From an uncultured Candidatus Saccharibacteria bacterium (GTDB taxonomy: Bacteria > Patescibacteriota > Saccharimonadia > Saccharimonadales > JAGQNJ01), in NCBI GenBank assembly GCA_964577565.1, contig CAZNZL010000004.1, positions 1 through 48,388 on the forward strand: 48,388 bases of DNA, read 5' to 3'. Of this stretch, positions 27,277-37,658 are shown in pieces (position 1 is the first letter of the stretch; each line of letters opens with the position of its first letter). The translations under genes and the position numbers were made by a program. The notes beneath the pieces were generated by a model. That model had not been told where the DNA came from, searched no databases, and was given only the letters and a program-made list of their open reading frames with translations.

Positions 27277-27443
27277 TTGAAGTGTGACGTACTTACACTA
27301 ATTAACCCGTTTTTGCGGTCATTTTTTAAGAATGCTTTTTCCGAATTTATGACGAGGAAATATTACAGTTAAACAAGGGTATATTATCTCTGAAAATGTA
27401 AAAAAGTCAATATGGTTATTTTAAATATGCTATCATAAGCAGT

Positions 27444-28061
27444 ATGGGTGTATCAAAACCAACACAGCCCAGCGTTTTTAGCGCCAACAGTAAAAACATC
27501 AAACGATTTCAGTTATCACAGCGGTTCGGTAATCTTACCGTATTATTAATTATCGGTATTCCTTTGGTTCTTGCAGGGGTGGCATATAGTACCTATAGAC
27601 GAATAATAGCTCCGCCTGCAGAAGAGGCTATTGCAATAAATGATGCAGCTACACCGCTTGACCCGAGTCAAACCGTTAATGACCCCTACCTCACGATTGA
27701 CCCAACCACAGGTGCCCCAATAACAAGCGACACCCCCGCCGGCACGACACCATCAAGTCCAGCCCCAGCACCGGGCGGCGCACAACAGCCTGCTTCTAGC
27801 GCAATGCCAGAGGGCGTAGTAGTTGCTATCAACTCTATTGAAGCCAATGGCGTAAAAAACAACCCTTACGTTGCCGTTGATACATCGGGCTTGCCTGACG
27901 GGGTCGCGATATCAATTGACCGAGGTAGTTGGACCCAAAATGGCCCAAGCGAGGGTACCGTCAATGGTTATATAGACTACTATGGCCAGCCACTTGGAGG
28001 CTCATTAACGTTTACCGATACGGGCGGAACCTGGAAGGTAACGAGCTACTCGCTGCGCTAA
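27444..28061 (+). CDS. Hypothetical membrane-anchored protein with Pro/Thr-rich linker
   Basis: Single TM, low-complexity linker, C-terminal beta domain. Confidence 0.75.
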   Translation: MGVSKPTQPSVFSANSKNIKRFQLSQRFGNLTVLLIIGIPLVLAGVAYSTYRRIIAPPAEEAIAINDAATPLDPSQTVNDPYLTIDPTTGAPITSDTPAGTTPSSPAPAPGGAQQPASSAMPEGVVVAINSIEANGVKNNPYVAVDTSGLPDGVAISIDRGSWTQNGPSEGTVNGYIDYYGQPLGGSLTFTDTGGTWKVTSYSLR

Positions 28062-28094
28062 ACAAGCCTTATTACCTTCTTGCAAAACAATGGT

Positions 28095-28583
28095 CTATTT
28101 TTTATGTTTTTTATCTTTTTTGCTTTTGTTTTGATTAAGCCATAGTAGCAACACGCCAGAGACAATTCCGCCAATCAGAATAGCGGATTCATATTGTTTT
28201 AGCGTATCCCAAGCAACGTTACTCATTAATTGCTCACGCATGCCACCCGGAATAAACGGCACAATCAACAGAACAGCCAGCGCGCCCACCGCTGCACTTG
28301 GAACCACATTAAAAAACAGCTTTGATGAATGAACCGAGCCACGTAAAAATAAAGCGCTAAATAAAGCAGGTAATACAATCATAGCGATAGCCGTAACTGC
28401 TCGACTAAGATCACCGTCCTTTATAAAGCTTGTCAGCACCAGGCTTGCTTCACCCCCTAGTTGCGTAGCCAAAACGCTGCCCGCACATAGGCTAAAGAAG
28501 ACAACTGCTCCATTTGTCTTAATGAGGAGTAAAAAGATCGCAATCAGTACAGCGACACCCGCTACAATAAATTCATACGGCAT
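28095..28583 (-). CDS. Hypothetical multi-TM membrane protein
   Basis: About five hydrophobic helices, Lys-rich tail. Confidence 0.75.
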   Translation of the reverse strand: MPYEFIVAGVAVLIAIFLLLIKTNGAVVFFSLCAGSVLATQLGGEASLVLTSFIKDGDLSRAVTAIAMIVLPALFSALFLRGSVHSSKLFFNVVPSAAVGALAVLLIVPFIPGGMREQLMSNVAWDTLKQYESAILIGGIVSGVLLLWLNQNKSKKDKKHKK

Positions 28584-28607
28584 ATGCTTAAATAATACCA
28601 CGCCTCG

Positions 28608-29093
28608 CTAGAACGAAGCTTGATCGCCCACGGTAATACTATTGGCTTTCACGCCACCATTTTTTATCTCTAACACATACCGGGCTTCTGTCTCAGGGCA
28701 AAAACTCTCAGGATACGATTCTGGTGCGGCATTTTCTTGTATATGCACCACTTTCTTGTTCTTGTCTAGCCAGATCATATCAATCGCAAACTGCATGTCC
28801 TTCATCCAAAAACAGTACACGCCGTCGCTGTCAAACTCAAACAACATACCTTCACTATCATTGAGCCGATCTCGGCCGCTAAGACCCTGTTGTCGTTCTT
28901 CAGGAGAATCGGCAACGGTAACGGTAAAACGTTTTCCGTTGATGGTAACGGTGCGATCATTTAAAAGGCTAAAAAATACTGCGCCAAGAAGAAGCACGAT
29001 AGCCGCCAGGCAAAGCGAGATAATAACAGAAGGGCTAGCTTTAGGCGCCGACGCGGTCTTTGCGTCGCTGTTTTCGGGCGTTTTGTTCGACAT
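28608..29093 (-). CDS. DUF192 family protein
   Basis: VADS.EER.QGLSGR, GMLFEF, FWMKDM.FAIDMIW, YVLE. Confidence 0.9.
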   Translation of the reverse strand: MSNKTPENSDAKTASAPKASPSVIISLCLAAIVLLLGAVFFSLLNDRTVTINGKRFTVTVADSPEERQQGLSGRDRLNDSEGMLFEFDSDGVYCFWMKDMQFAIDMIWLDKNKKVVHIQENAAPESYPESFCPETEARYVLEIKNGGVKANSITVGDQASF

Positions 29094-29126
29094 ACTCTAT
29101 TATTTTAGCAGTATACGATAACAAAA

Positions 29127-30440
29127 TTATGAAGCTGCTTTTCGCTTTTGAGTAATCACTTTTATTTTGACGTTCTGCTCCACGCGCCGTATATCTGCCA
29201 GTACACGTGACCGGCTTTTATTGAACAAGACGAGAGTGAAAACAGGATCGTCACCATTGCGTGCAAAGTCGCACATTTCGCCAATCTTTTTGTTAACCTC
29301 TATTCTCGAGAATGATTCCAGTTTTCGAATCTTATTTATGCCTTCAAGACTTTGAAGCTTCCCTTTCTTGCGGGCGTAAAACTGCATGACAACACTAAAG
29401 CCTCGGACCTTTTTGGTCAATATTGGCTTTCGAGGAATTCTAATGAGCATATCATTCAACGAGTGGTCTATGCCGTATGAAAGGTTATACATTTCATGGC
29501 GGAAGCCCCCTATTCGTGGGCCTAATTCTATAATCTTCCAGCCATCTTCGGTCTTCATAAGTTCGATATGACACGTCGTACTTCTGAGACCAAGGGCCTC
29601 GACAGCTTTTTCGGCCACTCTACGGGCGTTTTCGATCTTGTGAGGCTTCAGTATCACGGGGGTTATACGCAAATAACCAAAGAAGTCATCATAACCAACA
29701 GACTTGCCAGTTTTTACATGCACCAACGGCGTACTATACGTAACCCCACGTTGATTAACATAAATATCGGTCGAAAACATCGCACCTTCCATAAACTCTT
29801 CGACTAAGATTTGAGGTTCGCCTCTGCCCTTTTTCTTTTTATAAATTTGATTAATTTTCTTAACTGTATTTTTAAGATTAGATTCTAGTTCTTCGCGGTG
29901 ATAACACAGTGTCACCAGTAAACTAGCAGCTAGTCCTGCAGGCTTGATTATTAACGGAAAACCCACTTTCTTTTCAATTTTGTTAAGCGTCTCCTCACTC
30001 GCATCATGCACGACTAGAAACTTGGGTGAAATATTTTTATCATGGGTTCGAAGCATTTGCCTCATACGAATTTTATCCGTTGTCCAGTCTAGGGATAGCT
30101 CGGTAGGTGTATTGATGTAAGGAATGTGTGGAATCGTTTTCTTAAATAAAGGTATGTTCTTTTCTGCCCGGCAGGTTGCTGCTAAAAGTCGATCCTTAAA
30201 GGGAGCCAACGTCTGCTCAATAGCCACATGTGAAGAGAAGTCACAATAAACAATCTTTGCCCTTGAATCAGTGGCTAGCTTTCTTTTTGCGCCCGGGTCA
30301 GTAAAATCAAGCAGCACAAGTGGGATGATTTTTTTATTCATACTTTTGCCCAATTTTAATAACGCCTCTTTTTGAGAGGTCAAATATGATCCTACAAAGA
30401 GGAACATGTCTCGTTCTTGTGCTTCGTAAAAACCTGGCAT
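29127..30440 (-). CDS. ATP-grasp domain protein (L-amino-acid ligase-like)
   Basis: TDKIRMR, FPLIIKP, LVEEFMEG, HIEL, IIELGPRIGG. Confidence 0.85.
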   Translation of the reverse strand: MPGFYEAQERDMFLFVGSYLTSQKEALLKLGKSMNKKIIPLVLLDFTDPGAKRKLATDSRAKIVYCDFSSHVAIEQTLAPFKDRLLAATCRAEKNIPLFKKTIPHIPYINTPTELSLDWTTDKIRMRQMLRTHDKNISPKFLVVHDASEETLNKIEKKVGFPLIIKPAGLAASLLVTLCYHREELESNLKNTVKKINQIYKKKKGRGEPQILVEEFMEGAMFSTDIYVNQRGVTYSTPLVHVKTGKSVGYDDFFGYLRITPVILKPHKIENARRVAEKAVEALGLRSTTCHIELMKTEDGWKIIELGPRIGGFRHEMYNLSYGIDHSLNDMLIRIPRKPILTKKVRGFSVVMQFYARKKGKLQSLEGINKIRKLESFSRIEVNKKIGEMCDFARNGDDPVFTLVLFNKSRSRVLADIRRVEQNVKIKVITQKRKAAS

Positions 30441-30518
30441 ACTTAAACTTAAACGTAAATTGATAAAAAATACAACAAGAAAAAATCCTGTTGTTCGTCT
30501 TATAAAATATCACTAATA

Positions 30519-31538
30519 TTAGCTTTTGTCAATGGCCGCTAGGTAATCCAAGTAATAATCTATTACCCTATTTTGCTCAGGACTAGCGAGGTCATCATAA
30601 TGAATAAGTGAGGGGACATTATTGACCTCAATTATAACCGGCATTAATGCCTCTACTTTGTCATCCTTATGGGGCAAGTGCTTAACCATAAAGTCCACCC
30701 CGCAGACGGGTAATTCTAAAATTCTCGAGACAACCTCAGCCCACTCAATCATGAATGACGGTATGGAATCTTTAATATTTTTTCTCTCGCCTCCCATTCC
30801 CACATTTGCAACTCCAACTACTTGCACAAGCTCACCGTTAGGTGGAATACTGCTCAATTTCTCTTTGCCAAGATATTGGTCTGCAAGTTCTAGGGGTATC
30901 TTGTTTAGTTTTGTCGTGTAGTTTTCGCCCCGGTGGTTATTCGTATTAGCCTTAGTAATCAATTGTTCGGTGGTCATTACGCCGTCACCCATCACTGTCG
31001 CTGGTACCCGGGTAATCGCATCAACGTATTTATGATTGATGCAAAGGATGCGCACATCTATACCGCTTAGTTGCTGCTGCAGCAAACACGAACCCTCACT
31101 GACTAGATTAGCGTTTTTAACTGCAGCTTCAGCTTCTTTAACACTTGTAATGCCCACTGTTATGCCACGACCGTGCGCTGAGTCCAAGGGCTTCACCACT
31201 ACCTGGCCGTGTGCTTTGATAAAGGAATGTACTTGGTGTGCATCAAACGTATCTTGAGATTCTATCAGCAATTCAGCAGGAACAGGTAGCTGATGCATTG
31301 CTAGTAACTGATTAGTTATGTACTTATCTTTCGATATTTTACTTGCTGCCAATGACATTGTAGGGGGCGCTGCACTAAAAATTTGTATGGGTTTAGTACG
31401 GCCGGGAATACGCAATAAATATAATCCGGGATTTGTTTTGAATCCAGTCACGTGCCACCCGCGTTTCAGCGCGCGTTGAATAATTAAACGAGATGTTAGC
31501 TTTCGTATAGATAGGTCTATATCCTGATTGAACTCCAT
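30519..31538 (-). CDS. Cyanophycin-synthetase/GshF-like ATP-grasp protein (no Mur ligase domain)
   Basis: KDK..T..LL, VVKPLDSAHGRGI, RVPATVMGDG, AN...GG, CGVD, IEVN..PS; start MEFNQ 31538. Confidence 0.82.
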   Translation of the reverse strand: MEFNQDIDLSIRKLTSRLIIQRALKRGWHVTGFKTNPGLYLLRIPGRTKPIQIFSAAPPTMSLAASKISKDKYITNQLLAMHQLPVPAELLIESQDTFDAHQVHSFIKAHGQVVVKPLDSAHGRGITVGITSVKEAEAAVKNANLVSEGSCLLQQQLSGIDVRILCINHKYVDAITRVPATVMGDGVMTTEQLITKANTNNHRGENYTTKLNKIPLELADQYLGKEKLSSIPPNGELVQVVGVANVGMGGERKNIKDSIPSFMIEWAEVVSRILELPVCGVDFMVKHLPHKDDKVEALMPVIIEVNNVPSLIHYDDLASPEQNRVIDYYLDYLAAIDKS

Positions 31539-31575
31539 CAATATATTGTATAATGTTTTGATGTTATTATCAAGT

Positions 31576-31692
31576 TTATTGGGCGTGTTGGACGCGGATG
31601 TACACCAGTACAATAATGCCAACTAACAGCGCAAATAACATAATTAACATGGGAATGAGCCCATTTTGATCGTGTTTTACAGCATGTTTCAT
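31576..31692 (-). CDS. 38-aa pilin-like microprotein
   Basis: MKHAVKHDQNG|LIPMLIMLFALLVGIIVLVYIRVQHAQ: class III-like leader plus hydrophobic helix. Confidence 0.55.
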   Translation of the reverse strand: MKHAVKHDQNGLIPMLIMLFALLVGIIVLVYIRVQHAQ

Positions 31693-31738
31693 ATTCGGCT
31701 TACATTTAAGCACAAAAATTAAACGACAAAAAGATTTT

Positions 31739-32395
31739 TTACAACAAGGGGTTCTCTGAGTCGCTGGCTGGGTTAACAGCGTGCAAGGGTATAGCCTCAA
31801 TAACAACCCTGCCATCTGCGTTGCCATTTAATGAGCAGCTATATAGCGTAAGTTTAGCGTCACTGCTGGGTTCTTCGATTTTTATCGCATCGGGTTGAAC
31901 ACTATAGATTTTTTTAATCTGATACTTGTACCAGGTACCCTCAAAGTAGATGTCGACCATGTCTTCGTTTTGCAGTTTATCAATATGATAAAACGGCGAG
32001 CGCTCCATGGTTTGGTTTGGGGTTGCGCCGAGCCTAAAACGGTGGGCGCTTAATATAAAATTGCCGCCTTTTACCGGGTCACCCCGTTCAGGAAAGCGAT
32101 GCCAGGCACCGCTTTCAAGAGTTTTTTCGGTCTCACCGGTATGAAACGGTACCAATAGGTTAATACGTTCAATTTTTATAAAATTTTCTTCAGATTTGAC
32201 TAGGCTGTCTTCGGTGTAGCCAGCTGCTACTGCCGGTGACACAAGAACATCAGGGGATTGCAGCAACACAAACAAATAGCCTCCGGCCAAGAACAAAATA
32301 GCAGCGATAGCTAGGCTGAGCGGTTTGCGCCTGCTTCTCGCCTGCTTAGTCGGTACTTCATCAATGTGGTAGTACGATTTTTTTCTTCCAAACAC
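31739..32395 (-). CDS. Sortase
   Basis: N-terminal TM, LSAHR, LTLYSC, GR catalytic triad; GTG start inferred. Confidence 0.88.
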   Translation of the reverse strand: MFGRKKSYYHIDEVPTKQARSRRKPLSLAIAAILFLAGGYLFVLLQSPDVLVSPAVAAGYTEDSLVKSEENFIKIERINLLVPFHTGETEKTLESGAWHRFPERGDPVKGGNFILSAHRFRLGATPNQTMERSPFYHIDKLQNEDMVDIYFEGTWYKYQIKKIYSVQPDAIKIEEPSSDAKLTLYSCSLNGNADGRVVIEAIPLHAVNPASDSENPLL

Positions 32396-32473
32396 GTGTC
32401 TTCTATTGTACCGAACGCCTTTGGGTGAGTACAAGTTCTCGTCAATATTCGTCTAAAGTGCCATAATATAACC

Positions 32474-33250
32474 ATGAGTGAAGAGCTTCGACGTCCACAA
32501 TCCGAAGAAGAACAAGCCGGCATGTCATTTGTTTTGAACGTCGCTAATGATGTAGCGCGACGTCTATGGAGAGCCGAGAAAGCAGTCAATGAGGATGAAA
32601 AATCTGGGCTTGCAACTGAAACAAGATGGCGGAGCGAGCTTGCTAGATCGGTTGAATCACTCAACGATAACGATACGGTTGTGGTAATGGTCGGTGACCT
32701 TAATGGCTTTAAGGCTGTTAACGACGCCTTGGGCCATCAAGCAGGTGACGAGCTGTTAGGAATTGTAGGCGAAGCTTGTAAGCAAACCTTTAGCCGATCT
32801 TCTGACCATCTCTCACGGGGAACCCGTGACGCTTCTGTTCATGAGCAGCGTGGAGACATTGCTCGACTTGGTGGTGATGAGTTTGGTTTTTTCTCAGTTA
32901 TTAAAGAAGATGGTGGAGCTACTGATCATAAGCGCAGCAATAGCGCAACCGACATGGTACAGCAGCAATCCGTACGATTAAACCAAGCAATTACAGCGCT
33001 AACGGAGGGCACCAAGTTTGAAGCTTTTAAGGTCAGTATGGCAATAGGTGGTGTCTCATACGACCCAGACCTCGATAAAACACCTGCTGATACGTTTGTG
33101 CGGGCGGATGCAAAAATGTTTGAAGTAAAATACAAGGACAAAATTGACCGGATAACTGAAGAAGATAAAATTGTTTTGCGGCGAATAATTCCGTACTTAG
33201 AAGGTCTTGGCGCTCGGGTTGAAGACTGGCTAAAAAGCGCTGTATCTTAA
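32474..33250 (+). CDS. GGDEF domain protein (diguanylate cyclase)
   Basis: DLNGFKAVNDALGHQAGDELL, ARLGGDEF, ADAKMF..K. Confidence 0.92.
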   Translation: MSEELRRPQSEEEQAGMSFVLNVANDVARRLWRAEKAVNEDEKSGLATETRWRSELARSVESLNDNDTVVVMVGDLNGFKAVNDALGHQAGDELLGIVGEACKQTFSRSSDHLSRGTRDASVHEQRGDIARLGGDEFGFFSVIKEDGGATDHKRSNSATDMVQQQSVRLNQAITALTEGTKFEAFKVSMAIGGVSYDPDLDKTPADTFVRADAKMFEVKYKDKIDRITEEDKIVLRRIIPYLEGLGARVEDWLKSAVS

Positions 33251-33252
33251 AC

Positions 33253-34353
33253 TTAGAAGAAGCGGGATTTTTTGTTATCTTTAAACTCTTTGAGTAGTTC
33301 TTGCTGGCGTTTACTTAATTTAGTCGGCGTCTCAACGTTTACGGTCACAATGTGAGCGCCACGTGATTTACTCCGTAGATGCGGTACGCCATGTCCGCTT
33401 AATTTGAAATCGGTACCGCTTTGCGTACCCGCTGGCACCTTCATGCGAACCGGACCATCAACGGTATCCACCTCGATTTCAGTACCCAAAGCAGCATCTA
33501 CCATATGTACCGTTTCTTCGCTTAAAATCAGATCGCCTTCGCGCGTAAATTTCTTATGAGCTTTAACTCTGATGCTTACGTATAAATCACCCTTGGGCCC
33601 GTTTGCTACTGCTTCACCGTGGCCACTCAACCGTATGGTAGCTCCATCATCAATACCGGCTGGCACTTTAAGCTTAATTTCTTGAGTTTGACGCTGTACG
33701 CCACTGCCACGACAAACGCTGCAGACTTTTTCTGGTATTTTACCGCTCCCCTTACACCGGTCACAGGTTGCAGCTTGCTGAATATTACCCAAAATAGTGC
33801 GCATAACCCGCACTGTTTGGCCGGCTCCGTCACAAACCGGACAGGTCTTCATTTCATAACCCGGCTCAACCGTAGTGCCCTTACAATGCTTACATTTATC
33901 GTTCAAATTGAGACGTAGTTCAACCTCTGTGCCAAAAACAGCTTGTTCAAACGAAAGATCTAGTTGTGTCTGTACGTCATTACCGCGCGCTCTACGACGC
34001 TGACCACCGCCTCCGCCGCCGCCAAAAAAGCTACCAAAAATATCACCAAGGCCAAGATCACCAAAATCAAAGTTGATGTTCTGACCGCCTGCGCCGCCAA
34101 AGCCAGCAAATGGATTGCCACCATCACTGGCCGCACTACTGCCAACACCAGCATGGCCAAATTGATCATAGCGCTGGCGCTTTTTATCGTCTTTTAAAAC
34201 CTCATACGCCTCGTTAATCTCTTTAAATTTGGCTTCATCACCGCCCTTATCGGGGTGGTGTTCAATGGCTTTGCGCCGAAAAGCTTTTTTAAGCTCATCC
34301 GCGCTGGCGTTTTTGCCTACACCTAAAACCTCGTAGTAATCTCGTTTACTCAT
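33253..34353 (-). CDS. dnaJ: Chaperone DnaJ
   Basis: J domain HPD, G/F region, four CxxCxGxG-type motifs. Confidence 0.98.
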   Translation of the reverse strand: MSKRDYYEVLGVGKNASADELKKAFRRKAIEHHPDKGGDEAKFKEINEAYEVLKDDKKRQRYDQFGHAGVGSSAASDGGNPFAGFGGAGGQNINFDFGDLGLGDIFGSFFGGGGGGGQRRRARGNDVQTQLDLSFEQAVFGTEVELRLNLNDKCKHCKGTTVEPGYEMKTCPVCDGAGQTVRVMRTILGNIQQAATCDRCKGSGKIPEKVCSVCRGSGVQRQTQEIKLKVPAGIDDGATIRLSGHGEAVANGPKGDLYVSIRVKAHKKFTREGDLILSEETVHMVDAALGTEIEVDTVDGPVRMKVPAGTQSGTDFKLSGHGVPHLRSKSRGAHIVTVNVETPTKLSKRQQELLKEFKDNKKSRFF

Positions 34354-34622
34354 AGTTGACGATTGCTTATTTCAATTTCTATCGAATCAAAAAGGTCAGA
34401 CACAGTATCCTCGGATATCCCGTACTCCCCAGAGATTATCCTCAGTAGATCTTCATAGTCAAACGGACACTCGTTAGCCAGACCTAGCATATAACTCGCT
34501 GCTCTCTCAATACGTTCATCACGAGCAGCTAGCCTGGCTGGATTATCATCATGTTCTAGCCAGAAATTTGAATTCCATTCCATTAAACTTAAGAATTCCC
34601 GTTTTATATCACTGCTTGACAT
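34350..34622 (-). CDS. Hypothetical protein between CIRCE promoter and dnaJ
   Basis: 90 aa, TAAAAT 7 nt upstream, stop overlaps dnaJ ATG. Confidence 0.65.
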   Translation of the reverse strand: MSSSDIKREFLSLMEWNSNFWLEHDDNPARLAARDERIERAASYMLGLANECPFDYEDLLRIISGEYGISEDTVSDLFDSIEIEISNRQL

Positions 34623-34632
34623 AGCTCATATT

Positions 34633-34659
34633 TTAGCACTTTAAGTACGAGAGTGCTAG
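34633..34659. promoter_or_regulatory. CIRCE operator (dnaJ unit)
   Basis: TTAGCACTT-N9-GAGTGCTAG. Confidence 0.85.
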
Positions 34660-34688
34660 ATTTCATCAGTTATTTCATTGTTTTATAC

Positions 34689-34889
34689 TTAATCGAGCGG
34701 TAGTTCTTCAAACAATCTTGTGAGTCTTAAGACATCGTCTTTGGTCATGGCATCGGCTACGGCATCTATGCGTCGTCGCTGTTCTGGTGTGAGAGCGACG
34801 TAGGTTTCTTGTGATGGATGAGCGAAATAGGGGATATCGCTCAAGTCATCAAACAAAGCTTCCTGCTGATCCGGTCTCTCATTCACCAT
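34689..34889 (-). CDS. Hypothetical small acidic protein
   Basis: 66 aa with GAGGAGG RBS. Confidence 0.6.
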   Translation of the reverse strand: MVNERPDQQEALFDDLSDIPYFAHPSQETYVALTPEQRRRIDAVADAMTKDDVLRLTRLFEELPLD

Positions 34890-34954
34890 CTAACCTCCTC
34901 GAGAAAATATACTTACCCTATACTTAACATGTTAATTATTAACTTGTTAAGCAT

Positions 34955-36892
34955 TTATTTCTCTTCCTTGTCCGCCTGTTCGTCATCTGACGAATCGACG
35001 ACTTCGCCTTCTACGGGCTCGTCTTTACTAGACTTCTTGTCATTGGCGTCTGTATCTTCAGAAGACGCATCTTCTTCTTTTTGAGCCTGCTCATACATTT
35101 TGGCGCCAATTGGCATTAACTTATCGGTCAGTTCTTTAACTGCCGCTTCAATGGCATCTTTATCAGCTTTGTCGTCACCGGCTACTTTCTTGGCAGCCTC
35201 GACGGCTTCATCAAGCGCCTTAACATCGTCTTCAGCTAATTTGTCTTTGTTATCAGACTTCATTTTTTCTGCCTGGTAAATGGCACTGTCTAGCTGGTTA
35301 CGAGCCTCGACGACTTCACGCTTTTTCTTATCTTCTTCGGCGTGCGCTTCGGCCTCTTTGGCGGCTTTTTCTACCTCGTCTTTATCAAGATTGCCGCTGT
35401 TTTGAATCGTAATGCTCTGTTCTTTGCCAGAACCCTTATCTTTAGCGGTTACGTTTAAAATACCGTTAGCATCGATGTTAAACGTCACTTCAATTTGCGG
35501 TACACCACGCGGAGCTGATGGAATGCCGTCAAGCACAAATCGGCCAAGACTCTTGTTGTCGGCCACCATCTCACGCTCGCCCTGCACCACGTGGATTTCA
35601 ACCTGCGGCTGGTTATCGGCCGCCGTACTAAAGACCTCGCTCTTACTGGTTGGAATGGTTGTGTTGCGCTCAATCAACTTGGTGGCTACACCACCCAAGG
35701 TTTCAATACCTAGTGACAATGGCGTTACGTCAAGCAACAGCACATCTTTAACGTCACCCTGCAAGACACCGCCTTGAATGGCAGCGCCAATGGCCACAAC
35801 TTCATCAGGGTTAACACCTTGCATGGGGTCTTTGCCAAAGACTTGCTTAACCTTTTCAACTACGGCTGGCATGCGGGTCATACCACCGACCAAAATCACC
35901 TCGTTGATGTCGCTGGCGCTTAGTTTGGCGTCTTTAAGCGCTTTTTTGCATGGCTCTGCAGTCTTATCAATCAACTCTTGTACTAGTTCAATTAATTTGG
36001 CACGAGTTAGCTTATATTCAAAGTGCTTAGGACCTTCGGCATCCGCAGTCAAGAATGGCAGATTAATATCAGCAACTTCGGCGGTTGAAAGCTCTTTTTT
36101 AGCCTTCTCGGCCTCTTCTTTTAGGCGCTGCATGGCGGCTTTGTCGTTTTTAACGTCAATCCCATTCTCTTTTTTAAATTCATCAACAAAGTGGTTCACG
36201 ATGCGCATATCAAAGTCTTCACCACCAAGGTGAGTGTCACCGTTGGTAGAAAGCACTTCAAAGACGCCGTCGCCAAGGTGAAGAATAGAAACATCAAAGG
36301 TACCACCACCAAGGTCAAAGACGGCTACTTTTTCTTCTTTGCCTTTTTTATCAATACCATAAGCCAGAGCTGCCGCTGTTGGTTCGTTAATAATACGCTT
36401 GACCTCGAGGCCGGCAATTTTACCTGCATCTTTGGTAGCCTGACGCTGTGAGTCATCAAAATAAGCCGGAACGGTTATAACCGCCTCTGTTACGGGCTCA
36501 CCTAAGAATTTTTCGGCATCGGCCTTGAGTTTTGAAAGAATCATGGCACTGACTTCTTCAGGACTGTATTCTTTGTCAGCCATTTTGACTTTTACGCCCG
36601 TACCGCTTTTAACGATTTCGTACGGCATGAGTTCGATGTCTCGCTGCACTTCTTTATCATTAAAGTTACGGCCGATCAGACGCTTCACCCCAAAAATAGT
36701 GTTTTTTGGATTGGTGACTCGCTGGCGGTTAGCCACTTGACCCACCAAACGTTCATTGTTTTTGTTGATAGCAACGACGCTTGGCGTGGTACGATTGCCC
36801 TCGCTGTTGGCTATAATTTCTGGCTTGCCAGACTGCATGACCGCCATGGCTGAGTTAGTTGTACCTAGATCGATTCCGATAATTTTACCCAC
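34955..36892 (-). CDS. dnaK: Chaperone DnaK
   Basis: [33 protein letters not shown]. Confidence 0.99.
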   Translation of the reverse strand: MGKIIGIDLGTTNSAMAVMQSGKPEIIANSEGNRTTPSVVAINKNNERLVGQVANRQRVTNPKNTIFGVKRLIGRNFNDKEVQRDIELMPYEIVKSGTGVKVKMADKEYSPEEVSAMILSKLKADAEKFLGEPVTEAVITVPAYFDDSQRQATKDAGKIAGLEVKRIINEPTAAALAYGIDKKGKEEKVAVFDLGGGTFDVSILHLGDGVFEVLSTNGDTHLGGEDFDMRIVNHFVDEFKKENGIDVKNDKAAMQRLKEEAEKAKKELSTAEVADINLPFLTADAEGPKHFEYKLTRAKLIELVQELIDKTAEPCKKALKDAKLSASDINEVILVGGMTRMPAVVEKVKQVFGKDPMQGVNPDEVVAIGAAIQGGVLQGDVKDVLLLDVTPLSLGIETLGGVATKLIERNTTIPTSKSEVFSTAADNQPQVEIHVVQGEREMVADNKSLGRFVLDGIPSAPRGVPQIEVTFNIDANGILNVTAKDKGSGKEQSITIQNSGNLDKDEVEKAAKEAEAHAEEDKKKREVVEARNQLDSAIYQAEKMKSDNKDKLAEDDVKALDEAVEAAKKVAGDDKADKDAIEAAVKELTDKLMPIGAKMYEQAQKEEDASSEDTDANDKKSSKDEPVEGEVVDSSDDEQADKEEK

Positions 36893-36911
36893 TTTGTTCT
36901 CCTTTCACTAT

Positions 36912-37100
36912 TGCACCGCATTGTACAGCTGTACGAGCAGAGCTCTACACTCCTACGCTGCTTTAAGCGCAGTGCAGTGTCAGAGCTCCAGTACTCGCGG
37001 TAACGTACTTACCTGTACGTCTTTGCTCCGTGCTTCGCTTTTCCGCGCACTGCATCTTCATGCAATACCGAAAGAAGCTAAAGCTTACCGATGCGGTACA
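36912..37100. repeat. Palindromic repeat in dnaK leader, homologous to lepA insert
   Basis: Ends TGCACCGCAT...ATGCGGTACA; core 36977-37051 with ACGTAC-loop-GTACGT aligns to 41035-41108. Confidence 0.8.
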
Positions 37101-37119
37101 TTTATATTTTTAAGAAGTG

Positions 37120-37146
37120 CTAGCAATTCCAGGATTAGAGTGCTAA
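37120..37146. promoter_or_regulatory. Second, degenerate CIRCE upstream of dnaK
   Basis: CTAGCAATT-N9-GAGTGCTAA. Confidence 0.6.
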
Positions 37147-37167
37147 AGCAATTCTATCATACAAAAA

Positions 37168-37194
37168 TTAGCACTCACAAGTCAAGAGTGCTAA
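37168..37194. promoter_or_regulatory. CIRCE operator (dnaK)
   Basis: Perfect TTAGCACTC-N9-GAGTGCTAA. Confidence 0.96.
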
Positions 37195-37307
37195 TACTAC
37201 ACCCTGGTTGATTTAGGGTAAAATAAGCTGACTATGCTCAATTGTTTGTAGTGGGTCCAAATCCAACTTTATGCTGATGGTTCAGTAGAAACGTATAACT
37301 ACCGGCT

Positions 37308-37400
37308 TTAATTTTTACGTAAACCGCCTTTTTGCCATTCGGCCCAAGACTTACCAGTGGCTTCTTTAAGCCTTTTTTCTGAGATATCATTGACTGCCAT
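37308..37400 (-). pseudogene. Truncated DUF4287-like fragment
   Basis: MAVNDISEKRLKEATGKSWAEWQK then early stop; ATGKSW.EW resembles the DUF4287 N-terminus. Confidence 0.45.
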
Positions 37401-37421
37401 TACTTTAATAATAACACTGCT

Positions 37422-37652
37422 CTATAGGTACTTCTCGTCCGGCAATACAACTTCAACCGGCTTTTCGGATAATGGATTGAGCGGTGCATGCTGATTTTCT
37501 GTTGCGATACGTTTTATGAATTGAGGCCCGCTACCTGGTATGTCTCTATACAGATATATGCTACATAGCTCATTGATAATCAATTTCGCGCACATCGTCT
37601 CGGACTCGCCAGCCAGAACCGGACACCCAGCGCAGTTAATAAATTCTGACAC
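37422..37652 (-). CDS. Hypothetical Cys-containing small protein
   Basis: 76 aa, CxxC plus two more Cys; GAGG RBS 6 bp after upstream stop. Confidence 0.55.
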   Translation of the reverse strand: MSEFINCAGCPVLAGESETMCAKLIINELCSIYLYRDIPGSGPQFIKRIATENQHAPLNPLSEKPVEVVLPDEKYL

Positions 37653-37658
37653 AACTGC

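Noticed and set aside
36756..37211. 151-aa plus-strand ORF
   Set aside because: Antisense to dnaK start, palindromic repeat and CIRCE sites
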